From: Macrostomum lignano
Lineage: Eukaryota
Length of the DNA: 64,000 nucleotides
Direction of reading: 5' to 3'
NCBI GenBank assembly: GCA_002269645.1
Contig: NIVC01000714.1
Coordinates: 186,001 to 250,000, forward strand
Shown one piece after another: positions 1-13,240 of this stretch. The position numbers and the translations under genes were made by a program. Below the pieces are notes generated by a model. It had not been told where the DNA came from. It was given only the letters and a program-made list of their open reading frames with translations, and made no database searches. The number at the start of each line of letters is the position of its first letter. Position 1 is the first letter of the stretch.

Positions 1-1040
1 ACACTGCCGCCTTCACTATCGCAGTATTTACAGTGTCGATTCGATGCACTGTGTCGAGTTTGACCACATCGGCAGGCGGCAGTCGGCCTCCCTCCACGTA
101 GGTGAAGGTATCCTGGAAGCGGTCGATCAACTGCCTGATTCATGTGTCGCAGTCTGTCGGATAGACTGGTGTGACGGTAAACGATAAGATGCTGAAGGTG
201 GTCACTGGAAATTCTAGCGTATGGAGTCTCGTCGTAGGGTCTGCCAGCCGTCTTGCCTTGCAGTCTACCAACAGTTCGAAATGTGAGAGGAAATCGTAGC
301 CTAGTATTGGACGGACGACGGAGGCCACGAGGAAGGTAAAACGGAAGGAACGTCGAAGGCCACGAATCGCTATTTCAAGTGGAGTTTCGCCTGCGACGGG
401 AACAGGGTCACCTGTGGCGGTGGTAAGCTGGTATCCCGTTGCGCGGACGTTGTTGCTGAGATACTGAGGTGGGATGATGAAAACTGCTGCACCGGTGTCG
501 ACTAAGAATGACAAACGACGCGCATCGAAAACGAGGTCTACAACGAGGCAGGACTTGCTCGCCGCTAGATCGGTGGCACTGCTCACTGCGGCATCATGGG
601 TAGTGCCCTGCCGTTTCCCGTGGCGGGGCGTTCTGGCGAGTTCGTATGTGACTGAGCTGGAGTCCGCTCGTTGGGACCCAGAATCCTTGGCTGCGGTCCG
701 TTGTGCTTGCGTGGGAACTGACACCAGCGGCGGCAGGTGCGCGACCGGGTGCCGTAGTAGAGGTGTCCGCAGCAGACGACTGGGCGCAAGCCTGGATGGA
801 ATGGTGCCACGGCGACGTCTGTGCAGTATCCTGAGGCGTGCTGGACGCGGGCTGCCGGGCCTGTTCACGGGGTTGAGCTGGTGTAGTTTGAAGGCGGGCC
901 GGTTGATACGAGAACGGATGCGATGTCCTCCGGCAGTTCGCAGATGAGATGGCTGAAACGTCTCTTTTCGGACTTAATGCCGAAGAACAGTAATAGTTTC
1001 CAGTCCCTTCTTTCTATGGTAAATTTATATCACAGAAGTC
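1..1040 (-). mobile_element. Degenerate Ty3/Gypsy LTR-retrotransposon gag-pol fragment (continues off the window edge)
   Basis: Pol frame (140..868) carries the aspartic protease motif FLVDTGAAV and the downstream ILGYDFLSHFELLVD. Past a TGA at 140..142 the same frame reads IRQLIDRFQDTF...TVHRIDT (pre-RT linker). The gag frame gives FGIKSEKRRFSHLICELPEDIASVL (about 900-990) and CCGHLYYGTRSRTCRRWCQF (Cys/His gag motif), ending at TGA 583..585. No LTR identified. Confidence 0.85.
613..619 (-). other. -1 ribosomal frameshift slippery heptamer G_GGA_AAC at the gag/pol junction
   Basis: Minus strand ACG GGA AAC in the gag frame fits X_XXY_YYZ. A -1 slip gives GGG AAA CGG CAG (GKRQ), the pol frame. 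Confidence 0.75.
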
Positions 1041-2773
1041 TTCTCTGGGTAAACTAACGGTTTTTCTAACTCTAGATAATACACGTAGTCCCTTGATTGC
1101 CAACATTTGTAGGACATTGTCGATCTAATTTCGCCAATGATAATTATGTCTCTGTTGTACTTACTGCAGTAAATATTATGCAAGCTCTTTGCCTATCGTT
1201 TATGGTGTATCTTTAAGGTCAACTTATGTGGGACAAAGTGTTATTCTGATACAATTGTTTTTATTGATAAAAAGTAAAACTCGAAAGTCGATGTTTAAAA
1301 GACTGCATGAACTTCTGTAGGTGACGCTGTTTGAATTTCATTAAAAATGATGGTTATATCTTTATTTTTCACTGCTTTGATTTTGCATCATAAAAAGTAC
1401 AAAAAAGTGGTAGGCTTTTTGAGTGGTGGAGGGACTACTTAAGTTTTATGAAAAGCATGAAAGCAGGTAGTTTTTTTCGGCGCAGACTTAGGTTAAGATA
1501 TAACAAACGCGGGACAGTTTAGATTTCAAAAAATACACATGTTTTATGTTTTCGCGAAAAAATAGAAGGCAGAAATACCTACAAGAAAATATCTCAGTTG
1601 GGCAGAAGGTACTTACTTACTCGTTGTAAAGGGATTGGGAATTTAAGCGAAAAAAACTGAAAATGTGCGGCTAGTGCCCAGTATGCGTCACACGCAAAAG
1701 GGCGCGAATTTAAACGTGGCGCTGCCGATCATAAAAGGTTTTGGACATAGAGGCAAAAAAGCGACACGAAATTTTTTTACTTGCTTCTACCGGAGGGAGC
1801 TTTCTGCAGGAGAGTTAAACAAAATAATTAATGAATAAAGAAGATGAGGAACTACCGGTTCAATCAGAGGCAATAATAACGAAAAAAGTTATTCTGTAAT
1901 CAGGAATGCTACAATTTAGCAAAGCAAGGCCACAGGACAATAGAAGAAATTAAAACAAAGTGCCATTCAGATCACGCATTGAAAATTTCGTACAGTACTT
2001 GATAAAACTGCTGATAAACAGCTCTCTGGTTTGCCAAACATCTTGGGAGGAATCATTCAGGCACACACTGACAAACATTCTGCGAGAGGAAAGGCGTTTA
2101 TAAAGTAATTTATAATTTTACAATATCCAATTTTACAATAAAAAACAACTGGTTTGAGTTGAGGCTCAGACTGATAAAAAGGCGCTATAAAACGAAGCAA
2201 GGCATTTTGTGTCGGCTTTTCAAACATAAACTTTGTGTTGCAATGCTGAATGAAGAAGGAAACAAGGCAAATATCCTTGGCTTTGGGTGCTACGATCAAC
2301 TGTTTCTCCGTTACAGCTTCGCACTGCATAAAACGACACTGCTAATCCATTCGAGCTTCATCAGCATTGCCAAGAGAAATACGCATAGCCGGAGAGAAAA
2401 CTTTTAACAAAACAGAGGCAAAAATCTGGTTAGCTATCGCTGCATTTAAACAAAAATGAACTTAATTATTGTTTAAAAAATAATCTGTTCTTAGTTTCGT
2501 AAGTTTGCAAACTGGACAACTGAATTTCATTTTTACAGAAATTGACTTGACTTGCGTTTAAAATTGCGTAATTAATTGTAAATAACTTCTCTGTAACTTC
2601 CTAATATGTATTGGTTGGCTGGCAAGGCGTTTAGTACGAGTAACTGAAAATTCGTTGCCCAAGCAAGTAGTTAACTAAGGCAGTTTTAACGCTATCAGAT
2701 GTGCTTGTTCTCCAGCTGGATAACTCGGTCTCGAAACTAGCTTCACTGGATCGGATTAACTACTAACAGTAGT

Positions 2774-4517
2774 TTACAGGTTGCGGCGCAGGCTGAAGCC
2801 GACGAGAGCCATCAGAGCCGTTGCGCAGACCACGAATCGGCTGCTCTCTACCTGGTTAGCTGGGCTGCTGCTGTAGCCAACGGTGGTCACCGTGACCGTG
2901 ACCGTCACGTTCTGGGAGCTCAGGGCAGACGTGATAACTCTGCAAGATATTTTCATATGGAAGTAAATTTTAATTATCACAGTAAAACTGAGTATTACGA
3001 CAATTGTTTTGAGTAAAACAACCGAGAAAAATAGATTGCTCACGTTGCGATATTTATGCTGGAAGAGATCGTAGCGAGGTCGCTGGTAGATAGAGTTATA
3101 GCAGAGCGGCGGCTTCGTTTCAGAGTCGGTTCATCTTCATCGTCGCTCTCGTCTAGCATGGAAGCGAAGTCGATAGCGCGTCTGCGTCGGGCAGCGCTAG
3201 TCGTGGCAGCTTCAGTAGTGGTAGTCGCAGCTTCAGTAGTGGTAGTCGCAGCTTCAGTAGTGGTAGTCGTGGCAGCTTCAGTAGTGGTAGTCGTGGCAGC
3301 TTCAGTAGTGGTAGTCGTGGCAGCTTCGGTAGTGGTAGTTGTGGCAGCAGCTGTTGTCGTAGTATCAGCAGCTGTTGTCGTAGTACCAGCAGCTGTTGTC
3401 GTAGTACCAGCAGCTGTTGTCGTAGTACCAGCAGCTGTTGTCGTAGTACCAGCAGCTGTTGTCGTAGTACCAGCAGCTGTTGTCGTAGCCCCAGCAGCTG
3501 TTGTCGTAGTACCAGCAGCTGTTGTCGTAGTACCAGCAGCTGTTGTCGTAGCCCCAGCAGCTGTTGTCGTAGTACCAGCAGCTGTTGTCGTAGCACCAGC
3601 AGCTGTTGTCGTGCCAGCAGTGGTCGAGGTGGTGGCAGCGGCGGTGGTGGTGTAGGTCACATCGGAACAAACTTGGCTGTTCTGCTGCGGGGCCAGGCGG
3701 ATAGCGAGCACAGTCTCACCGGAGCTGCCCTTGGAGGACAGAATCATCACCTCGGAATTGTTGGCCATTGCTGTCAGTGAAGTGTTCATGTTTGCCCTGT
3801 AAAATTAAGGCCAGGCGAATGAATTAATCCGGACTGCAACTTTCGAGTTGACCATGGCTACGACAAACTTACCAAGAGACGGCGCCGGGACAGCAGATCT
3901 TGTAGTTCGTGCCTGACGTGCAGAAGTTATTGTACGCGGTCCGAATGGCATTCTTGATGAGACTATAGTACATACCGATCTGCAACAGGCATCGAAAGCA
4001 TGTTCGAATTAGGTTCGATGCGTCATCTTCGAGAAGTGTTAATCAGAATCATCATGGAGGATAAAACACTTACAATATTGGGCGGCTGGCCAGACAGCTT
4101 GACGGAGAAGTCGCCGTCAGTCTTCGTGTCTGAAATGAATGAATGCGCACAGAATTACAGCCTGTGTATGTACTGTATTAGCCAAGCAAACTGACGCAAA
4201 CGGCCTGCCTATACTCACAGGAGGCACAATCCGATGAGTAGTAGCAGATCTGGCCGTTGTAGCCCGTGCTAGTTGTCGCATTGAAGCAGTACTCGTAGGT
4301 ATAACCCATGCAGCTATCGGGCGGGTTCATGCTACACACAGTATTGTTGCAAGTGGCCGCTGATGCTGAAATAATGATCGATCAATTTTTTCGTGTCGAT
4401 TATGTCGAAAGAATCGCGGGAAAGACGAGGAGGGGATGGATTGCGGCAGATTAATGATGACTTACCACAGGCGGCCAGAGCCAAAAGGCAGGCGATACGG
4501 ACGAACTCGATCGGCAT
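2774..4517 (-). CDS. Secreted, probably GPI-anchored Cys-rich/Thr-rich mucin-like glycoprotein (6 exons, 426 aa)
   Basis: Exons 4517-4466, 4365-4219, 4129-4074, 3979-3873, 3796-3044, 2939-2774. All junctions are GT-AG with matching phases (1281 nt). Signal peptide MPIEFVRIACLLALAACA, a Cys-rich N-domain, (AAGTTTT)n/(EAATTTTT)n repeats, basic sites RRRRA and KRSRRS, and a hydrophobic C-terminus after a small-residue stretch. Confidence 0.85.
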
Positions 4518-5642
4518 GTCAAAGTCTGTCGACTCAAACTAGGACTCAAATAGATTGCAATGAGCTTTCTTGATGCTAGAGACGTCGCTAGAGGAGGCAA
4601 CACGGGAGGAGCGATGGAGCGGCCCGCTTCGCTCTCGGGGCGCTTTGTTTTATGCCCACGCCCGCCGCTCCCCGCGCCGGCCCGGTCGTCATGGCGTTGC
4701 TACAACAAACCGACTGGGGTCCGACGTTGGACGGCCCACTCAGCCTTGCACGGCTCCCCCCTCTCCAGTCTCCCCCCCCCCATCGATGCGTACGGACCGC
4801 GCTCCCTAGTTTAAACTTGCGCACTACAGCCTCCTATAGTCCAAGCGTACGCTGTACCTGCAGCTTTGCCTAGTCCGATACCTCGTAGCCATTGGCTATC
4901 AGTCGACAAATAAATCGATTGCACGTATTTCTTAGCTGCTGTTGCAGCGACTGTCTCAGTGCTGTTGTTCTATAATCCTTGATTGCTTGGGGTTGGCGAG
5001 AACAGAGGGCCTCCACCCCCTCCTCCATCTGCTCTCCCTTCCCGTGGCATTCAGCCCAAGTCGTGAGGAGGGCGAGAAGGTTTCCTCCATGGCAACTTGC
5101 TAGTTGTTTGTGTTGATGCCAGCCATATGCGACAGTGTTGTTGAGTGTTTTGTACGAGTACTGCTAATGGCGGGCTTTGGGGAGGGGTGCCTGTGCCATT
5201 AGACAATAAGCTTTGGAGAGGCGTGGGAATCTGCAAGGCAAAGCATCCGGCTAGGTAGACAATTGCAATTGCGTACAGCGGTGGGTCCGGGGGCCGCTCC
5301 CTGCAGTTCTAGAAAATTCTGCCGACGCCTAACAACATGGGATCCGCTTGCGGCAGAACTCCACAAAGCTGCATCTTCTTGTTGACTGGGGGAGGGGGGG
5401 TACTGCTCTGCTTCTGCACGCCTCTGCATATTTTGCATTTGATTTGCCTGGCAACCATCTGAGGCAGCTTTTTCCTACCGCGCTATTGATAATTGCCTAG
5501 CCCGTTTGTAATGAGGCTAATTATAGTATTACCATGCTGCAGAAGATTGTGTAAGATTGATAAAGAAATACGAATGATCTAGGATAGATGGTTAGTCTGT
5601 GTTTGGTTCATAAAATAATAGAAAATATATCTGATCAACATA

Positions 5643-5968
5643 GAAATAGAATGAATTGCTAATCAATCTACGACATTGAAATAGAATGGATTGCTAATCT
5701 ATCTACGACATTGAAATAGAATGGATTGCTAATCTATCTACGACATTGAAATAGAATGGATTGCTAATCAATCTACGACATTGAAATAGAATGGATTGCT
5801 AATCTATCTACGACATTGAAATAGAATGGATTGCTAATCAATCTACGACATTGAAATAGAATGGATTGCTAACCTATCTACGACATGCAAATAGAATGGA
5901 TTGCTAATCTAGCTATAACATAGAAATAGAATGGATTGCTAATCTAGCTACGACATAGAAATAGAAGG
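5643..5968. repeat. 35-bp minisatellite, about 9 copies
   Basis: Unit ATAGAATGGATTGCTAATCTATCTACGACATTGAA read directly. Confidence 0.95.
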
Positions 5969-7012
5969 AATCTGTGGCCGCAAACCAAACGAATAATTAA
6001 TAATTTTGATATTCCCAGAGACTGGTAGGGCAGTGCTAAGGTGCAATTGCAGTAGAAGATATGGACACTCGTCTCAGTAGAAAAAGTGCATTTTCCAAGG
6101 ATTTATCACGATGCAATAGTCGCATAAGGGGTAAGAAACAGAAGCTATTCCCGTAGCAAACTACCGGAAAACAATGGCGAGAGGTGACACAGCCAAAGAT
6201 AGCCCAGTCATTGTTAATTCCCCGCTCCATCACCCTAGCCACTAACCCAGGCCACTCAGAACCCCAGACTCCGTTTTCCCTGGCAACAGGGGATGTCGCT
6301 CATATTTTTAGAGAAGAAGAGCCGCGGCCGGCAACTAATGCGACCGGTTGTGCCCAAGGAGACCATGGCATAAGAATCTGGAACAGCTACCCGACAAGAT
6401 GAGGCTATGAGGCCACGACCCACGGAGTCAGTGGAATGGACAGAATTGCCCCTAAGCGCTGGTTGTGGGACCATGTCGCTTAAGGCGTTGCGCCACGCTG
6501 CCAGTAATTATCATTATGCTGGAGTTGGCAGTCCACGCGGTTCTGGGTCTCCATGGCCTTCTAATCATCCATTACTGCCTCTGCCCCCTGCATGGCTTTC
6601 GGGGGGAAGCAAAACTGGGCTTCTGGGAGAGGGTCCTCAACAGAGTTGAAGGGGAAGTGGAAAAATGGGAGAATTGCCCCCACAACATCATGGCACACTC
6701 GCCGCGCGCGCAAAACAGAGGGTAGACTGCAGGCATCAGACTTGCTGCAACAATGCGCTCGCAATCGCCTATTCTGTATGCAGAAGAGGCAGCACGAAGA
6801 AGAGCTCTGAAGAGGAAGCATCCCCAACTCAACTCGCCAACTTTGAATAAAACAGAGCGATGGCAGTTCGTGACTGCTGGATCGATTCTTTTTGAGAGCG
6901 ACAGGGGTCTGCAACCTGGGCTTTCTCTGCTACAGCTTTCAATAGGCTGCGAGGCTGGGGCGAAGGGAGAAACAGTTGGAAACGTACTTTTACTTTTTAG
7001 TGTGCCTTATGA

Positions 7013-7520
<508 letters not shown>

Positions 7521-8419
7521 CACAGAACAGGATGCGAAGCCAGAACGAGCTATGAATTATTTATTGCATTGGCTATTCCGTACCTGTGGAAATGCACTGG
7601 CTCCAATAAATGATTAACACAGCATGGTAGGAGCATCTTAGGTGGAACGATTCCGCAAAATTTCTTAGTACTTCACCTATGAGAGTAAAAAGGCCCCGTG
7701 AATTGGAGATGAAGTTTTAGGATAGCCAGCCAGCCTTTGCTGATGAAGCTGAGAGGCTGGATTGAGGACAGCAGACTGAGACCTACGAGTAAATTGTAAT
7801 TCTGGGAACGAGTAATTCGCCTTTGTCTGATCTGCAGGCTGAAGTGCAGTTGCCGAAGGTCAGATTGCACCCGTGCTCGCGTGGGAATTGGGAGAGCTGA
7901 TGAAGAAGATTACTGTGGTTGTGGACTTGTACTATTACAAGTGTCTCATCCAACTGTTAAATGAGTCTCTATTGTTCATCCTTTGCTTTTTTAGCTATTT
8001 CTATGACAACCCGGAAGAGCTCCCGTCATCTCTTAATAATAGCTAATGCAATTTTTGTGTTGATTTACTGTGCGATTGTAATTGGTGGTTAAGATAAACA
8101 GACAAACACTTGCACACATTCTACTGAACATAGCTACTACTGAGCGACAATGTTGGGTGTACTTTTATTAACTCTACTCGCGTGCGACTCATGAAACTGT
8201 CACTCATGCTGGATTGGTAGAGAGTCACTCGGATCTCTTTTCTTTTGTTTCTTTGACTGAGCTGTCTTGAAAAGGACTTGGCCTGCTAGGCTAGGGTGCC
8301 ACCAAGATAAAACAGACGACAAGTCTGATAAGTTGGATACTCGTAGCTGTCTATTTTCAGTCTTAAGCAGACTTAAGGCATCAATAGCAGTTAAGTAAAG
8401 GTAGAATGCGATGGGTGAG

Positions 8420-9236
<817 letters not shown>

Positions 9237-11149
9237 CGATGGTAGGTTAGAATCACAGTGCAAGAGATTATAGAGCAAGTACACCGGCAGGAAGCGGAGA
9301 CCTGAAAAGGTAAAAAGCTTCAATTTTTTAACAGCTATGGTACAGGCATTCCTATCGTTGCAAAGAGCATTTCAACCCCAGCCCGCCTATAGAGAGAGAC
9401 CTGATAAACTGTTAAGAGATGTAGCGGGCACGCTACATTGGAAGAGTCATCCTGAGCAGAGAATCAAGATAGTGACGCACGCCCGGCTCCACGCCCAGCA
9501 AGGGGGACTTGCAGATGGCTGAGAAATGCATTCTTCATCACTGAAATACGCATTCGTTACGGTTGAGCCAGCAGCGGCCCTGCTTGCTGGGAGCAGTTGA
9601 TTTTCTGACGAGTGCGTGGAGAGATGGAGGCTGGCAGGAGGAGGGGGAGGGGGTTGATGGCGCCAGGAGTCTGTGAGACAATGGCAGCAGCCCGTACCAC
9701 TTAAATCCCTCACTTAACTAACAATTTCACACATGCAGCAGGCAATATCCGCATGCTTTAACAAGACTGTCTACAGCTGCATGGTTGTCATGACAACCGG
9801 GTGCTTGGGATAGAAAGCATAGCTGAGAGCGTCGAGTGGGGAAACAATTTTTAAAATATTTTTTGTTAAAATCTGCAGGCTCATCACATTAAGGATGGAC
9901 ATTATATCTAAAAAAATTTGCAGCCTTTAAAAAACACAAATCTTTAGTAAAATCAAACGGTATCAATTATTTTTTAAATTGAGCTGTGTTAAAATAAATT
10001 CAGCCGAAAGGTGGGGACTAAAAGGCGCTATGGGAAGTTGCAAAATAGAGCTTCAGGTCTCAAACTGAATAATAACAGATGTTGCTCAAAACCAATGAAC
10101 AGGAAACTGCTGATTTTCTCGACATGTATTACTGTAGTAGCCACGCATGCAAAGTAAAGTTTTAGCTATACCTATAATGCAACCTACCATACCTTATTGC
10201 AATTCAATCCGTCATATTTGTAATTGATTTCGGCATGTACTTTAGTGAAGCACGACAAAGCCATAGAAAATATATCAAGTCCTTTTCCTCAAAATATTTG
10301 CATTTAATTTGATCAGCAATCTCATGCTGGTACTCAGGATGGGACAGATTCCGCTTGACTGCAATTTAATTCAATTTTAATTCAATTCAATTCTCTCTCT
10401 ATATCGCTGAGGCACGAACTTGGTTCATGAATGGTGAGTAAGGTGAAGATACCGACACGAGTGTGAACATGCATGCCTCAGGAGCTCTGGCGCCGTCCAA
10501 CATCAGGTGAATGATTTTTCAACAAGCTCATCCAGCTCCGAAAGGAAGCCTTGGAAATCTGGGCTCTTAAATCTGGTACCACCAGTCCCCATCACCTCTC
10601 ACCGCTCACCTCTGTCCTGCGCAGTCCACAGGTTCACACCAAATTCTTCCATGAACGCAAGGTTCTGGTGAATTCCCTCATTCATGCTCCAGGTGGCGTG
10701 CTGAAACCTAGTATAGCCTTTCGTAGTCGTTTCGAAGTTCCACTCGTACACTGCATTCTGCATGCGTCAGGAAACTGGTCAGTCAGGAAATCGCGCATTT
10801 GGGACGTAGTCCCGTTGTGTGAACCGAGGAGAGCCAGTGCAACAGCGCCTTCTGCATGTTTTCTTGCGTCACCTTCAACCGGTTGCCTCTTTTTGTTAGC
10901 GTTTTAAATCTGCCCGTCTCTTGAAATGTCTTGATGGATGATGCTGTCGGTCGTTTAATTGACGCTTTATTACCAGCTGATTGGCCAACAACATTCAGTC
11001 CTCGGCGCGCTCAAATGCATTTATCCTCCTCTAGGTCCTGCCGTCTTGTAGCCTATGGTTAATTTATCTGGCCAAAAGTGGCAACGGCTCACGGTAGAAC
11101 TTTATTTTAAGCAAAAGGTAAAAGTCCAAGCAATAGCAGAAGGATGCGC

Positions 11150-11626
11150 GTCATGTAGCTCGATGTCAAATTCAATTCGAATCTTGTTTGTCTCACCGAA
11201 AATTTCGATGCGCGCATTTTTTGCCAGATGGCTGCTCAACACACAGAGGAGAAGCCTGAGAAGCTGCATGCATGCATCCGGACAGACTTTGCGGGCACAG
11301 CTGGTCTGGCCGACCTGATGACGTCTGTAGTAAACCTTTCTTGCCTCACAGAAACGCAGATGTAATGCTCAACGGCTGAGCTGCTGTGGCTAGTAAATCG
11401 ACATCTCGCGGAACTCTTTCAAAACCATTAGAGATGGCCCTCCGCTATCCGCACAAGCCTTCTTCTTCAGGTCGTGCCACTCGTTGAGTGTTTTCACCAT
11501 CTATGTAGCCTTCGTCTTCGTATTCTCAGGATAGTTGTCTTCTATTTTCTGATCGATCTCCGCCTCCGTGGTGATCTTGTGCCTGCGTACATCATCGCCC
11601 TTGACGCTCGCATTCGGCTGCGCCAT
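11150..11626 (-). pseudogene. Decayed Crypton/DUF3504-family (KCTD1/ZMYM/QRICH1-like) N-terminal remnant
   Basis: Manual translation from ATG 11626: MAQPNASVKGDDVRRHKITTEAEIDQKIEDNYPENTKTKAT*MVKTLNEW...EMSIY*PQQLSR*ALHLRFCEARK. It resembles the NTxxxTxWAvxxFxxW and L..L..F..EaRK motifs. The first stop (TAG) sits where Trp is expected. Matched from memory, no HMM run. Confidence 0.5.
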
Positions 11627-11819
11627 GGATTTTGTTGTCTCTGTTATCAAGTCGGCTTTGTCGAAATCTATTGCAAATGTGACGAATTTGAACGCGAGAA
11701 TGTCTGATTCATCTTGTCATAGACTATTGAACCCAGAAAAATTTCCTCCCCCATTCACTTGCGTCTAACGAAAGAGATTCCAGATTCTTGGAAGGCTGCG
11801 GTGTCGACGCCTCCACGCT

Positions 11820-11862
11820 GTAACCGGATGCCCGGAGCTCCCTGCAGCTAAGTCAAGTGAGA
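11820..11862 (+). mobile_element. Isolated 3' tail of the LINE family also at 15.1, 38.7 and 54.2 kb
   Basis: CCGGATGCCCGGAGCTCCCTGCAGCTAAGTCAA matches the tails at about 39110-39143 and (reverse complement) 54245-54290. Confidence 0.6.
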
Positions 11863-12960
11863 TAAAAACCAAAAAATGACGTAGCAGAAAGGACACAGGA
11901 CGACGTTGCATGACTAATGTGCATTCTGTGTGAATGTGTGCATACGCAGGAGTTTCAGTTAGACTTAGTGGCAGCCGCAACCTTTTTGGACGTCAATTTT
12001 TGGTGGCTATCTCTTGTCTCTTGGTGGGTATCTCTGTCTCATGGGGGCATCACCTAATCCTATAGCTGCCTCTTTCAGCTAGGATCGATTGGGGGGTCTC
12101 GCCTCCCTGCCCCACCTGTGTACATCATAGGTATGAATCCCGTGTGCTGTGTGCATGCTGAGAAGTCAATTGAATGGGCATGACAGCTTGCCTTGTTACT
12201 ATACATGTATTTAATGTGAATTTTGTTCCTTAGTTGGTGTGAAGTTTCAGGTTTATGAAAATTTGTTTAAATAGGACAATCGAATAATTTGATTTATAAT
12301 CAGATTTTGTTTATTTAATTAGTGATTTTATTTGAAGAAGCAACAAATAAATGATGAAGGTTACACACGTTGTTATATATTGCCGCAATCCAATACCTGT
12401 CTGAGCAAGTGTCTTGGTGGAATGAAAAAAATCAATTAACTTTAGCTAGTCTAGACACTACTAAGGCAAATTAATAAGTAGCAGGATAGTTTCCGAAACC
12501 TCAAATTGCAGACACCTCAAGTGAATTGCTATCACAGAAAAAATCTTAATTGCAACTGGGAAAATGAAGCTCGTTATAGATATAACCTAAGAACTCCCTA
12601 TCTCGCCAATGCATTTTGCCGAAAAAATGATTTGGGAGTGCAGCATCGATCCTTCTTCAGCTGTCGAAGAGGCATAGGGATGCTTTTATGATAAATATAT
12701 GAGCTAAAGGAATCTGCGCACGCAAGCAAAAATTACAATTAAAAAAGCGCTTGCTAAGGTAAATAAACAAACATTTTTTATCCGTTGATAACGTAAAACT
12801 ACAATATAAATTTTAAGCGTAAAATGGCGAAAATAAAAATCCTACCCGTTTAACTATTAACCTGATATGACGTGATTAACACAGCATAGAGGTATGACGT
12901 AATCAAATTTGAATGACGTCATCAACAGAAAATTATTGGATTATTAACATACAACACATG

Positions 12961-13240
12961 CTACGTTTTCTTTGCCGATGCTGCTGCCGCAGGTGTCGTC
13001 GACGAAGCTGGAACAGCTGGTTTATCATCCTGGGGTGCAGCGACTTTGCTATCCGCGGGAGACTGCAGCTTCTGGCCTGTCAATGATTTAACCTGGCCTT
13101 CCAGCAGTTCAATGCGTTTGTTGGCAGCGGCCAGAGTGTCCGTCAACTGCTTCTCGGACTTCTGTCGTTCCGCTGTCTGCGACTCCAGCCCTTGGTGATG
13201 GAGGTGTTGGAAATGGTATCTTACAAGCTCAGCAACTCAG
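12961..13240 (-). CDS. Possible orphan terminal exon, coiled-coil plus low-complexity tail
   Basis: Open frame AELVRYHFQHLHHQGLESQTAERQKSEKQLTDTLAAANKRIELLEGQVKSL...AAAASAKKT*. Upstream exons could not be joined in frame. Confidence 0.3.

Noticed and set aside
3056-3670. Val/Ala-rich, Leu/Gln-rich and Cys/Trp/Tyr-rich ORFs overlapping the mucin exon
   Set aside because: Alternative frames of the Thr-coding repeat. Only the Thr frame connects to spliced flanking exons.
4930-6990. Possible decayed LINE or transposase coding sequence
   Set aside because: Only weak motif-like fragments (e.g. CRPLSL) in different frames; no family can be supported.
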